Virus genome (UHGV): UHGV-0142834
DNA from: a virus
DNA length: 13,224 bases
Direction: 5' to 3' (one strand)
The notes under the pieces are model-generated. The model worked only from the letters and a program-made list of their open reading frames with translations, did not search any database and was not told where the DNA came from. Shown here piece by piece: positions 7,051 to 13,224 of this stretch. Numbering within the stretch: position 1 is the first letter of the stretch; each line of letters starts with the position of its first letter. The position numbers were made by a program, and so were the translations under genes.

Positions 7051-7079
7051 CATATAAAAAGGCCCTCACACTGGAGGGC
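7051..7079 (-). terminator. Intrinsic terminator for leftward transcription (tL-like), between the accessory cassette and the cIII-like gene
   Basis: Minus-strand hairpin GCCCTC-cagtgt-GAGGGC (7062..7079 on +) followed on the minus strand by CTTTTTATAT. The stem is only 6 bp. Confidence 0.45.
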
Positions 7080-7183
7080 AAAGAAGATTTCCAATAATCA
7101 GAACAAGTCGGCTCCTGTTTAGTTACGAGCGACATTGCTCCGTGTATTCACTCGTTGGAATGAATACACAGTGCTTACTCGTA

Positions 7184-7654
7184 CTAATAAAATACCCAAT
7201 TTTCTGTTTCTTGGTTGTGCCCAAAGTTATATTCAATATCTGGTGTTGATGTATCAATATTCTTCATCCCATCAACAAGAGTTGATACAACAGCCAAATC
7301 TTGTTTGATTCTCATTAAATGGTATTTCTTCCGGCGCAATAAACTCTCAATGGCAAGTTTCTTCGTTGGGAATGCAAAAGATCTTTCTGCATTTTTTGCT
7401 ACTTTCTTAATTGCATATCTATTTCTCCTTTGTTTCCATTCCTGTAACCACTGATTTGGTGCTGGTTTAAAATTAACAATCCAATGCGCAGGAACCAACC
7501 ATGCATAATGCTCTGTCTGATGAAAAGCTATATATTGAAGTGCGAATATTTTTATCCCATCTTCTTCAACTGTCGCTTGGAATCTCCAGAAAACAGGCAT
7601 TCCATCATGTTCAGTTTCTGATTCAGGAAAAGGTACGCTCCATGATTTTGTCAT
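7184..7654 (-). CDS. Hypothetical protein (156 aa), accessory cassette gene 2
   Basis: ATG at 7654 preceded by GAGGTG with about a 5-nt spacer. Trp-rich with a basic C-terminal half; no motif I recognise. The local sequence is AT-rich. Confidence 0.65.
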   Translation of the reverse strand: MTKSWSVPFPESETEHDGMPVFWRFQATVEEDGIKIFALQYIAFHQTEHYAWLVPAHWIVNFKPAPNQWLQEWKQRRNRYAIKKVAKNAERSFAFPTKKLAIESLLRRKKYHLMRIKQDLAVVSTLVDGMKNIDTSTPDIEYNFGHNQETENWVFY

Positions 7655-7717
7655 ATCTCACCTCAAATAATTCAGTGCAGTGTTTATTCTGTTGTTAGTG
7701 CCAAAAATAAAGGCCGA

Positions 7718-8341
7718 CTATGCGGCCTCGGAAGGAAGTCCAATCATCTTATTCAAATCTTCTACCCGTAAAGCAGGAAGTGCTGTACTTGCTTTATCTG
7801 CTTCTTTTGGTAGCAATTCTTTGCTTTCAGGCCAAACTTCAATAAGTCGCTTAACTGTTGTGACTGAGTTCAAAGCACCCCATACATTTGATTCGATATC
7901 CTTTTTCAAGGCTTCAAGGTTTTGTTGCAATGCGCAGATTTCATCAAACCTTTTTGTTATTTCGTGTTCTGCGTCAAACATGCACTTATCTTTGGTTGGA
8001 GTAGGGAGAAATATATCTTCGCCATTGCCGTCTTTCCCATATGAATGCCATCCAACCCTTCTGCCAGATACAGTCAGATAAATTGAAGTAGAACGAAAAT
8101 CGTATGAGTAAAATGAACATCCCATCTTTTCAAGTTCTTCACTTATAGCTACCAACTTGGATGATAACTGATCCACTTCCTCAGTTTTCTTTTTACCGCC
8201 AAACGCAATAACTCTGGCGTCAAGTGCAAGCTGGTTCTTTAACTTTGTTACTTCTTCAAGTTCAGTGAAAACCCCAGACTTAATTAAAGCGTTACGAGCG
8301 ATTTCCTCTTTCATTCTCGTAGTTAAGCGGATTGATGACAT
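7718..8341 (-). CDS. Hypothetical protein (207 aa), accessory cassette gene 1
   Basis: Start placed at the ATG 8341..8339 (MSSIRLTTRMKEE..) preceded by GAGAGG with a 7-nt spacer; the track's longer ORF would overlap the end of N. Coiled-coil-like N-terminal half; no motif I recognise. Confidence 0.65.
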   Translation of the reverse strand: MSSIRLTTRMKEEIARNALIKSGVFTELEEVTKLKNQLALDARVIAFGGKKKTEEVDQLSSKLVAISEELEKMGCSFYSYDFRSTSIYLTVSGRRVGWHSYGKDGNGEDIFLPTPTKDKCMFDAEHEITKRFDEICALQQNLEALKKDIESNVWGALNSVTTVKRLIEVWPESKELLPKEADKASTALPALRVEDLNKMIGLPSEAA

Positions 8342-8352
8342 ATTAATTCCTC

Positions 8353-8679
8353 TCAAATAAGTGGTTTGCTGCCTAATTTCATTTTCTGGCGACCAACACA
8401 AGTCACACCCATTTCACTGCGTGGCTTGCTGTACCATGTGCGCTGATTCTTGCGCTCAATACGTTGCAGGTTGCTTTCAATCTGTTCGTGGTATTCAGCC
8501 AGCACCGTAAGGTCTATCGGATTCAGTGCGCTTTCTACTCGTGATTTCGGTTTGCGATTCAGCGAGAGAATAGGGCGGTTAACTGGTTTTGCGCTTACCC
8601 CAACCAACAGGGGATTTGCTGCTTTCCATTGAGCCTGTTTCTCTGCGCGACGTTCGCGGCGGCGTGTTTGTGCATCCAT
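8353..8679 (-). CDS. N: Antitermination protein N (lambda N-like)
   Basis: Start at the ATG 8679..8677 with AGGAG at a 7-nt spacer. MDAQTRRRERRAEKQAQWKAANPLLVGVSAKPVNRPILSLNRKPKSRVESALNPIDLTVLAEYH.. matches the lambda N arginine-rich motif and most of the protein as I recall it; the C-terminus diverges. Confidence 0.9.
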   Translation of the reverse strand: MDAQTRRRERRAEKQAQWKAANPLLVGVSAKPVNRPILSLNRKPKSRVESALNPIDLTVLAEYHEQIESNLQRIERKNQRTWYSKPRSEMGVTCVGRQKMKLGSKPLI

Positions 8680-8851
8680 CTGGATTCTCCTGTCAGTTAG
8701 CTTTGGTGGTGTGGTAGGTGGGAGACCCATTTCGACCTGCTTCGGCCGACTTCAATTCGGCAATAGTTCCGCAGGCCTCGCCGCTTTACGTGCGACATAT
8801 TCCCATCCATGAACCCTTCACCACACCCCAAAGCCTTCTGCTTTGAATGCT

Positions 8852-8882
8852 GCCCTTCTTCAGGGCTTAATTTTTAAGAGCG
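8852..8882 (-). promoter_or_regulatory. nutL: nutL site (boxA CGCTCTTAA and boxB GCCCTGAAGAAGGGC on the minus strand)
   Basis: Plus strand reads gcccttcttcagggc (8852..8866) and ttaagagcg (8874..8882), the reverse complements of lambda nutL boxB and boxA. Located between pL and N. Confidence 0.85.
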
Positions 8883-8922
8883 TCACCTTCATGGTGGTCA
8901 GTGCGTCCTGCTGATGGCTTAA

Positions 8923-8963
8923 AATATACCTACAGGTAAAACCCATGTCTATACCTGTAGGTA
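8923..8963 (-). promoter_or_regulatory. pL-like promoter with two overlapping dyad operators (OL)
   Basis: On the minus strand: -35 TAGACA (8946..8951), 17-bp spacer, -10 TATATT (8923..8928). Dyad operators TACCTACAGGTA (8927..8938) and TACCTGTAGGTA (8952..8963) overlap the -10 and -35. A third, split dyad TTACCTG-N10-CAGGTAA lies at 8984..9007. Confidence 0.5.
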
Positions 8964-9020
8964 AATAAAATTGATGTGAGAGTTTACCTGCTTGAATTTT
9001 CAGGTAATTAATTTTTTGGA

Positions 9021-9049
9021 TTGATATAAAAAAGCCCGCTTTGCGGGCT
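9021..9049 (-). terminator. Intrinsic terminator ending the cI-membrane protein transcript
   Basis: GC hairpin AGCCCGC-ttt-GCGGGCT (9033..9049) followed on the minus strand by TTTTTTTATAT. It sits 12 nt downstream of the membrane-protein stop at 9061. Confidence 0.7.
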
Positions 9050-9060
9050 GAAAGGAGATG

Positions 9061-9357
9061 TCAGAAGCTATTTGGATTGCTTGGCCATTGCGGCAATTTT
9101 GATTCTACTGGGGTGTGTTTGGGTTTGAGTCCGTTTAAGTAGTCAAGGCGCTCAATGGCGCATTTATACATAGCAATCTGCTCTGATGACATGTCGTCGT
9201 ATGACATGCCTTTGAACTTTTTAATTATCGATTCTGCCTCATGTATAAGATTCTTCTTCCTCATGAGTTCAGCTGTATGCTTAGAGCTTACAGGAGATAA
9301 CTTTGCCCATATGAAGCAGATGATTACAACAGCGACTACTATGCCGGGTATAAACAT
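9061..9357 (-). CDS. Small single-pass membrane protein downstream of cI (rexB/sie slot); candidate superinfection-exclusion or defense protein
   Basis: ATG at 9357 gives a 98-aa product starting MFIPGIVVAVVIICFIWAKL (TM helix) followed by a charged soluble tail. An alternative TTG at 9375 overlaps the cI stop. Co-transcribed with cI and followed by a strong terminator. Confidence 0.6.
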   Translation of the reverse strand: MFIPGIVVAVVIICFIWAKLSPVSSKHTAELMRKKNLIHEAESIIKKFKGMSYDDMSSEQIAMYKCAIERLDYLNGLKPKHTPVESKLPQWPSNPNSF

Positions 9358-9371
9358 TTGCTGCTTTATCC

Positions 9372-10058
9372 TCAAACTTTTGGCAGATCGTCCTGGTCTA
9401 CGTACCTGGTGTGTTTCACAATAGCTGAAACAAAATGCATTTTATCAACTTCTTCAACAGGAAGAGTGATTGGGCGGTGATCACTGTTTATGCTACTAAA
9501 CTGATAATCACCGTCTCTTGTTTTGTTCATGATCTTTATCATGTTGTGACCGTCTTTGGTCCTTACAAAGACTTCATCACCTGGATGTACTGGCGTATTT
9601 GGTTCAATAACAACATATTCTCCTGACTGAATCCTTGGCCACATGCTGTCACCCTTAACCTTCAGACCGTAAGCATCTTTATCGCCGCTGTAGATGCTTA
9701 ACCAACCGGATCTGAATTCAATCATATCCACTGAGCCATCAACTCCCAAAACGGCTTCACCAATTACCGGAACAAAACCCGCACGAACGTTACCCGCAAA
9801 CTCAAGATGGTCCGTAGCTCCAGCTTTACCATCTGCAAGCATGTCCATCCATCCGCGTGGGAGATTAAAAGATTTTTCAATTAGTTCCATCATATCGTCA
9901 GCAATGCGTTTTTTTCCGCTTTTTCCTTCCGGATACAGCATTCTGGAAACGTATGATGGTTCCCTTTCTATTCGACGAGCCAACTCTGAGGCCTTTCCAT
10001 TACAGAATCGGTCTCTTATCTCTATCAGCCTTAGTCGTCTTTGTTCGTATTTATCCAT
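9372..10058 (-). CDS. cI: CI-type prophage repressor (N-terminal HTH, C-terminal LexA-like S24 peptidase domain)
   Basis: 228 aa, ATG at 10058. HTH region NGKASELARRIEREPSYVSRML. C-terminal KVKGDSMWPRIQSGEYVVIEP..GDEVFVRTKDGHNMIKIM contains the S24 Ser/Lys dyad context. Divergent from cro with operators between them. Confidence 0.9.
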   Translation of the reverse strand: MDKYEQRRLRLIEIRDRFCNGKASELARRIEREPSYVSRMLYPEGKSGKKRIADDMMELIEKSFNLPRGWMDMLADGKAGATDHLEFAGNVRAGFVPVIGEAVLGVDGSVDMIEFRSGWLSIYSGDKDAYGLKVKGDSMWPRIQSGEYVVIEPNTPVHPGDEVFVRTKDGHNMIKIMNKTRDGDYQFSSINSDHRPITLPVEEVDKMHFVSAIVKHTRYVDQDDLPKV

Positions 10059-10064
10059 GATTTA

Positions 10065-10134
10065 ATTCTATCTTTGATTACCTGCCGGTAAATAACCTAT
10101 GGGTATTGATTTGCTTTTTACCTACAGGTAAACT
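10065..10134. promoter_or_regulatory. OR region: divergent pRM/pR promoters with dyad operators
   Basis: Operators TTACCTGCCGGTAA (10078..10091) and TACCTACAGGTA (10119..10130), with a weaker AACCTATGGGTA between them. Candidate pR: -35 TTGATT (10106..10111), 17-bp spacer, -10 TAAACT (10129..10134). Candidate pRM -10 TAGAAT on the minus strand (10065..10070), only about 7 nt from the cI ATG with no Shine-Dalgarno sequence, implying a leaderless cI mRNA. Confidence 0.5.
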
Positions 10135-10166
10135 CATCTTATTCAACAACGGGAAGGAGATAGCAA

Positions 10167-10397
10167 ATGGAAGAACTCCGCTTGTATCTGAACTCCCTTT
10201 CACTGGAAGAGCAGAGAGAATTTGCCACCAAGTGCGGAACTTCTATCGGCTATTTGAGGAAAGCACTTAGCCGTAATCATGAATTGGGCGCAGCACTTTG
10301 TGTTCTGATTGAGAAGTTCAGCAATGGTGAAGTGACTCGCAAAGACCTTCATCCGGTTGATTGGGAAAGCATCTGGCCTGAATTAATGGCCGCTTAA
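10167..10397 (+). CDS. cro: Cro-like HTH transcriptional regulator
   Basis: 76 aa, ATG at 10167 with AGGAG at a 7-nt spacer. HTH-like segment EFATKCGTSIGYLRKALS. It is the first rightward gene, divergent from cI. Confidence 0.7.
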   Translation: MEELRLYLNSLSLEEQREFATKCGTSIGYLRKALSRNHELGAALCVLIEKFSNGEVTRKDLHPVDWESIWPELMAA

Positions 10398-10405
10398 GTT
10401 ATTAA

Positions 10406-10437
10406 CGCTCTTACACATCCCCGCCCTGAAAAAGGGC
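10406..10437 (+). promoter_or_regulatory. nutR: nutR site (boxA CGCTCTTAC, boxB GCCCTGAAAAAGGGC)
   Basis: cgctcttac at 10406..10414 and gccctgaaaaagggc at 10423..10437, matching lambda nutR as I recall it. Located between cro and cII. Confidence 0.85.
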
Positions 10438-10513
10438 ATTACCAGAAACAAATCTCTATGGTTTTGCGTTTCTTTGCGAAGCCAACTCTATCTAATCATT
10501 AAGGAAATTATCT

Positions 10514-10795
10514 ATGGGTACTATTGCAACTAAAAGCAAGAAAGCGGCTCGCATCGAGTCAGCCTTGCTGAACAAACTGGCACTGATGGGGCAGAAGACA
10601 TTCGCTCGAGCAATGGGGGTTCCTGAATATCAGGTAAGCCGATGGAAGAATGGTTTCTTCTCGCAGGTAAGCATGATGCTGGCTGTTCTGGAATACGGAA
10701 TCGAAGACGATGAAATGGCTGAGCTGACTAAGCGGCTTGCCAATTACCTGACAAAAGAAAAAGCCCCGAAGAACGGCGAATTCTTCGAGGCCTGA
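10514..10795 (+). CDS. cII: CII transcriptional activator (lambda CII-like)
   Basis: 93 aa. RIESALLNKLALMGQKTFARAMGVPEYQVSRWKNGFFSQVSMMLAVLEYGIEDDEMAELTKRLANYL parallels lambda CII RIESALLNKIAMLGTEKTAEAVGVDKSQISRWKRDWIPKFSMLLAVLEWGVVDDDMARLARQVAAIL. Confidence 0.85.
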   Translation: MGTIATKSKKAARIESALLNKLALMGQKTFARAMGVPEYQVSRWKNGFFSQVSMMLAVLEYGIEDDEMAELTKRLANYLTKEKAPKNGEFFEA

Positions 10796-10820
10796 TGTAG
10801 AAAGACTGGATCAATCCACA
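10751..10820 (-). ncRNA. OOP-like antisense RNA candidate (pO-like promoter, terminator inside the cII 3' end)
   Basis: Minus-strand hairpin GCCTCGAAG-aattcgccgtt-CTTCGGGGC (10763..10791 on +, one mismatch) followed by TTTTTCTTTT (10751..10762). A candidate extended -10 TGtCATAAT on the minus strand at about 10827..10835 places the start near 10820. The geometry matches lambda oop; the 5' end is an estimate. Confidence 0.4.
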
Positions 10821-10829
10821 GGAGTAATT

Positions 10830-10991
10830 ATGACAAAACGTCGTAAGAAATACCAGGAAAAAGAAGAGATTCGACACCCTGATTCACCTGAGGGATTAGT
10901 GGTAGCCGCAGCAAATAACAGGGCGTTCGCAGAGCGCCTTGTTGGTGTTTACAGACTAGCCAAAGCAGGAGTGAAACATGGGCGTCGTTAA
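10830..10991 (+). CDS. Possible small basic ORF (53 aa) between cII and O
   Basis: Hand-translated: [57 protein letters not shown] at a 6-nt spacer before the ATG. Overlaps the O start by 14 nt and the proposed pO -10, so it may be non-coding. Confidence 0.25.
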   Translation: MTKRRKKYQEKEEIRHPDSPEGLVVAAANNRAFAERLVGVYRLAKAGVKHGRR

Positions 10992-11799
10992 GTTAGCTGA
11001 TTACAGGCCTCAACTGGAGGTCGTGGAGCATCGCGTGGCAGATACCGAAGATGGTTTCATGCGCGTTGCTAACGAGATTACTGACAGTCTGCTGATGGCT
11101 GATTTAACCGTCCGGCAGTTGAAGGTGATGCTCGCTATCATGCGCAAGACATACGGATTCAATAAGCCGATGGATCGACTCACAAACACGCAGATAGCAG
11201 CCATGACAGGTATTCATCACACTCATGTTTGCGCTGCCAAGCGCCAGCTTATCGAGCGTAAATTCCTCATTGCTGATGGCGTGAAAATCGGAGTGAACAA
11301 GGTGGTTTCTCAGTGGATTAGCCAGGACAGCTTAACATTAGCTAAAACAGCTAATAAAACATTAGCCAAGTCGGCTAATGGGTATAAGCCAAGTCAGCTA
11401 AACACAAAAGACAATATACAAAAGACAATAAATACAAATACCCCCTTACCCCCTAACGGGGGTGGCGATGGGCAGGTTAAACCTGAACGTCGCAAGGCAG
11501 AACGAATCGACTACGAATCCTTCCTGAACGCCTACAACACCGAAGTCGGTGACAGACTGCCACACGCTGTTGCGGTCAACGAGAAACGCAAACGCCGCCT
11601 GAAGAAAATCATCCCGCAACTGAAAACGCCAAACGTGGACGGTTTCAGAGCGTATGTCAGGGCGTTTGTGCATCAGGCCAAGCCGTTTTACTTCGGAGAC
11701 AACGACACGGGCTGGACAGCTGATTTTGATTACCTGCTGAGGGAAGATTCGTTAACGGGAGTACGGGAAGGGAAGTTTGCAGACAGGGGGATTGCATGA
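10978..11799 (+). CDS. O: Replication initiation protein, lambda O-like N-terminal domain
   Basis: 273 aa, ATG at 10978 with AGGAG at a 7-nt spacer. [53 protein letters not shown] parallels lambda O N-domain ..ADLTKRQFKVLLAILRKTYGWNKPMDRITDSQLSEIT. Contains internal iterons. Confidence 0.85.
   Translation: MGVVKLADYRPQLEVVEHRVADTEDGFMRVANEITDSLLMADLTVRQLKVMLAIMRKTYGFNKPMDRLTNTQIAAMTGIHHTHVCAAKRQLIERKFLIADGVKIGVNKVVSQWISQDSLTLAKTANKTLAKSANGYKPSQLNTKDNIQKTINTNTPLPPNGGGDGQVKPERRKAERIDYESFLNAYNTEVGDRLPHAVAVNEKRKRRLKKIIPQLKTPNVDGFRAYVRAFVHQAKPFYFGDNDTGWTADFDYLLREDSLTGVREGKFADRGIA
11318..11445. repeat. Candidate replication origin: four 17-18 bp iterons with internal dyad symmetry followed by an A-rich tract, inside the O gene
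   Basis: ttagccaggacagcttaa (11318..11335), ttagctaaaacagctaa (11338..11354), ttagccaagtcggctaa (11362..11378), taagccaagtcagctaa (11385..11401), then acacaaaagacaatatacaaaagacaataaatacaaata. Same layout as ori-lambda within O. Confidence 0.6.
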
Positions 11800-13172
11800 A
11801 ACAGGATATCGAAGCGAGCGTTATCGGTGGCCTGCTGATTGGTGGATTAACACCAACTGCCAGTGACGTTCTGGCAACGCTTGAGCCGGAAGCGTTTTCA
11901 ATTCCGCTCTACCGGAAAGCCTTCGAGGTTATCCGCAAGCAGGCGCGAAACAGAAATTTAATCGACGCGCTGATGGTTGCCGAGGCGTGCGGAGAGGAGC
12001 ATTTCACGTCAATCCTGATGACCAGCAAAAACTGCCCGAGTTCCGCAAACCTGAAGGGATATGCCGGAATGGTCGCGGATAACTATCACCGCCGTCTGGT
12101 GCTGGAAATCATGGATGAAATGCGTGAACCAATTCAGAGCGGAACCATCGACGCATCGAGTCAGGCGATGGATGAACTTGTAAAGCGTCTTTCAGCCATC
12201 AGAAAGCCCCGTGACGAGGTTAAACCTGTACGGTTAGGGGAAATCATAACTGACTACACTGACATGCTTGACAGGCGTCTGAGGAACGGAGAAGAGTCAG
12301 ATACCCTGAAGACCGGAATCGAAGAACTTGATGCTATCACCGGAGGGATGAACGCGGAAGACCTGGTGATAATAGCTGCTCGTCCTGGTATGGGGAAAAC
12401 CGAACTGGCGCTGAAGATTGCCGAAGGCGTTGCAAGCCGTGTTATTCCTGGTTCTGACGTCCGGCGCGGAGTGTTGATTTTCTCGATGGAAATGAGCGCA
12501 TTGCAGATTGCAGAGCGAAGCATTGCCAACGCCGGGAGGATGTCGGTTAGCGTGCTACGAAATCCTGCATCGATGGATGACGAAGGCTGGGCGCGCGTTG
12601 CTAACGGCATGAATCAGCTTGCGGATTTGGATGTATGGGTAGTCGATGCATCGCGGTTATCGGTCGAAGAAATACGCTCAATCGCAGAACGGCACAAACA
12701 GGAAAATCCAAACCTGTCACTCATCATGGCGGATTATCTTGGCCTGATTGAGAAGCCGAAAGCAGACCGCAACGACCTCGCAATTGCTCACATCTCAGGA
12801 AGCCTTAAGGCGATGGCGAAAGACCTGAAAACGCCTGTTATCTCCCTAAGTCAGCTTTCGCGCGATGTTGAGAAGCGACCAAACAAACGCCCGACAAACG
12901 CAGATTTGCGTGATTCAGGAAGCATTGAACAGGACGCAGACTCAATCATCATGCTCTATAGGGAAGCGGTATATGACGAGAACAGTAGCGCCGCGCCATT
13001 TGCTGAAATCATCGTGACGAAAAACCGTTTTGGCTCGCTTGGTACGGTTTACCAGCGGTTCTGCAACGGACACTTTGTTGCATGTGACCAGGATGAAGCC
13101 AGACAGATTTGCACAGCATCAAATGCACCCGCTGCACGTGGCAGGCGATATGCACAAGGGGCTGACGTATGA
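11796..13172 (+). CDS. Replicative DNA helicase, DnaB family (phage-encoded)
   Basis: 458 aa. The ATG overlaps the O stop (ATGA). Walker A context [18 protein letters not shown]. Downstream DnaB-like motifs ([38 protein letters not shown]). Confidence 0.9.
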   Translation: MKQDIEASVIGGLLIGGLTPTASDVLATLEPEAFSIPLYRKAFEVIRKQARNRNLIDALMVAEACGEEHFTSILMTSKNCPSSANLKGYAGMVADNYHRRLVLEIMDEMREPIQSGTIDASSQAMDELVKRLSAIRKPRDEVKPVRLGEIITDYTDMLDRRLRNGEESDTLKTGIEELDAITGGMNAEDLVIIAARPGMGKTELALKIAEGVASRVIPGSDVRRGVLIFSMEMSALQIAERSIANAGRMSVSVLRNPASMDDEGWARVANGMNQLADLDVWVVDASRLSVEEIRSIAERHKQENPNLSLIMADYLGLIEKPKADRNDLAIAHISGSLKAMAKDLKTPVISLSQLSRDVEKRPNKRPTNADLRDSGSIEQDADSIIMLYREAVYDENSSAAPFAEIIVTKNRFGSLGTVYQRFCNGHFVACDQDEARQICTASNAPAARGRRYAQGADV

Positions 13173-13224
13173 GGTAGCCTGAGTTTAACGGACACTCCTT
13201 CCTGAAATAGAATGGCATCAGAAG

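Noticed and set aside
6819-7094. Full-length 91-aa version of the track ORF 6819..7094
   Set aside because: Its first codon is a TTG with no RBS. The internal ATG at 6989 has a near-consensus AAGGAG RBS and yields the CIII-like product, so the N-terminal extension was dropped.
7215-8632. Plus-strand track ORFs 7215..7454, 7501..7698, 7680..8081 and 8450..8632
   Set aside because: Antisense to the accessory cassette and N. N is unambiguous and the cassette genes have strong RBSs, whereas these frames have none.
8353-8730. N-terminal extension of N (track start at 8730) and of the 207-aa gene (track start at 8401)
   Set aside because: The extensions lack an RBS, and for N the product would not start with the conserved MDAQTRRRERR arginine-rich motif. 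Internal ATGs with good RBSs were chosen.
9155-10065. Plus-strand track ORFs 9155..9424, 9435..9626 and 9694..10065
   Set aside because: Antisense to the membrane-protein gene and cI. The cI frame carries clear HTH and S24 peptidase motifs.
11010-13218. Minus-strand track ORFs 11010..11204, 11446..11673, 12254..12610 and 13009..13218
   Set aside because: Antisense to the O and DnaB-like genes, both with strong family signatures.
1-13224. CRISPR arrays, rRNA genes, IS elements or transposase genes
   Set aside because: No regularly spaced direct repeats with unique spacers, no rRNA-like conserved blocks and no transposase-like ORF with terminal inverted repeats were seen. The only repeat clusters are the ori iterons, the operators and the GTACCA repeats.

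Overview
This window is the left arm and control/replication core of a lambdoid (lambda-like) prophage, most likely from an Enterobacteriaceae host. Left to right: a possible arm-type repeat region, a P4-type tyrosine integrase (+), a convergent AlpA/Xis-like excisionase (-), then a long leftward (minus-strand) early-left operon of small genes (Ea22/DUF551-like, Gp157-family, RecT recombinase, an acidic gam-position protein, CIII-like and kil-position ORFs), an AT-rich two-gene accessory cassette directly downstream of N, the N antiterminator, nutL, pL/OL, a terminator, a membrane protein in the rexB slot, the CI repressor (S24 peptidase type), OR/pRM/pR, cro, nutR, cII, an OOP-like antisense RNA with terminator, an O-like replication initiator with internal ori iterons, and a phage DnaB-like helicase. 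N, nutL/nutR boxA/boxB and CII are recognised from memory as near-identical or closely similar to phage lambda, whereas the operators and replication module are not lambda-type, so the element looks mosaic. All family assignments are from reading motifs by eye; no database search was run. The most interesting candidates for undescribed biology are the AT-rich two-gene block between N and the tL-like terminator (7184..8341), the single-pass membrane protein downstream of cI (9061..9357) and the acidic protein coupled to recT (6426..6737). Several ORFs under 60 aa that are absent from the supplied track are supported by RBS and ATGA translational coupling.
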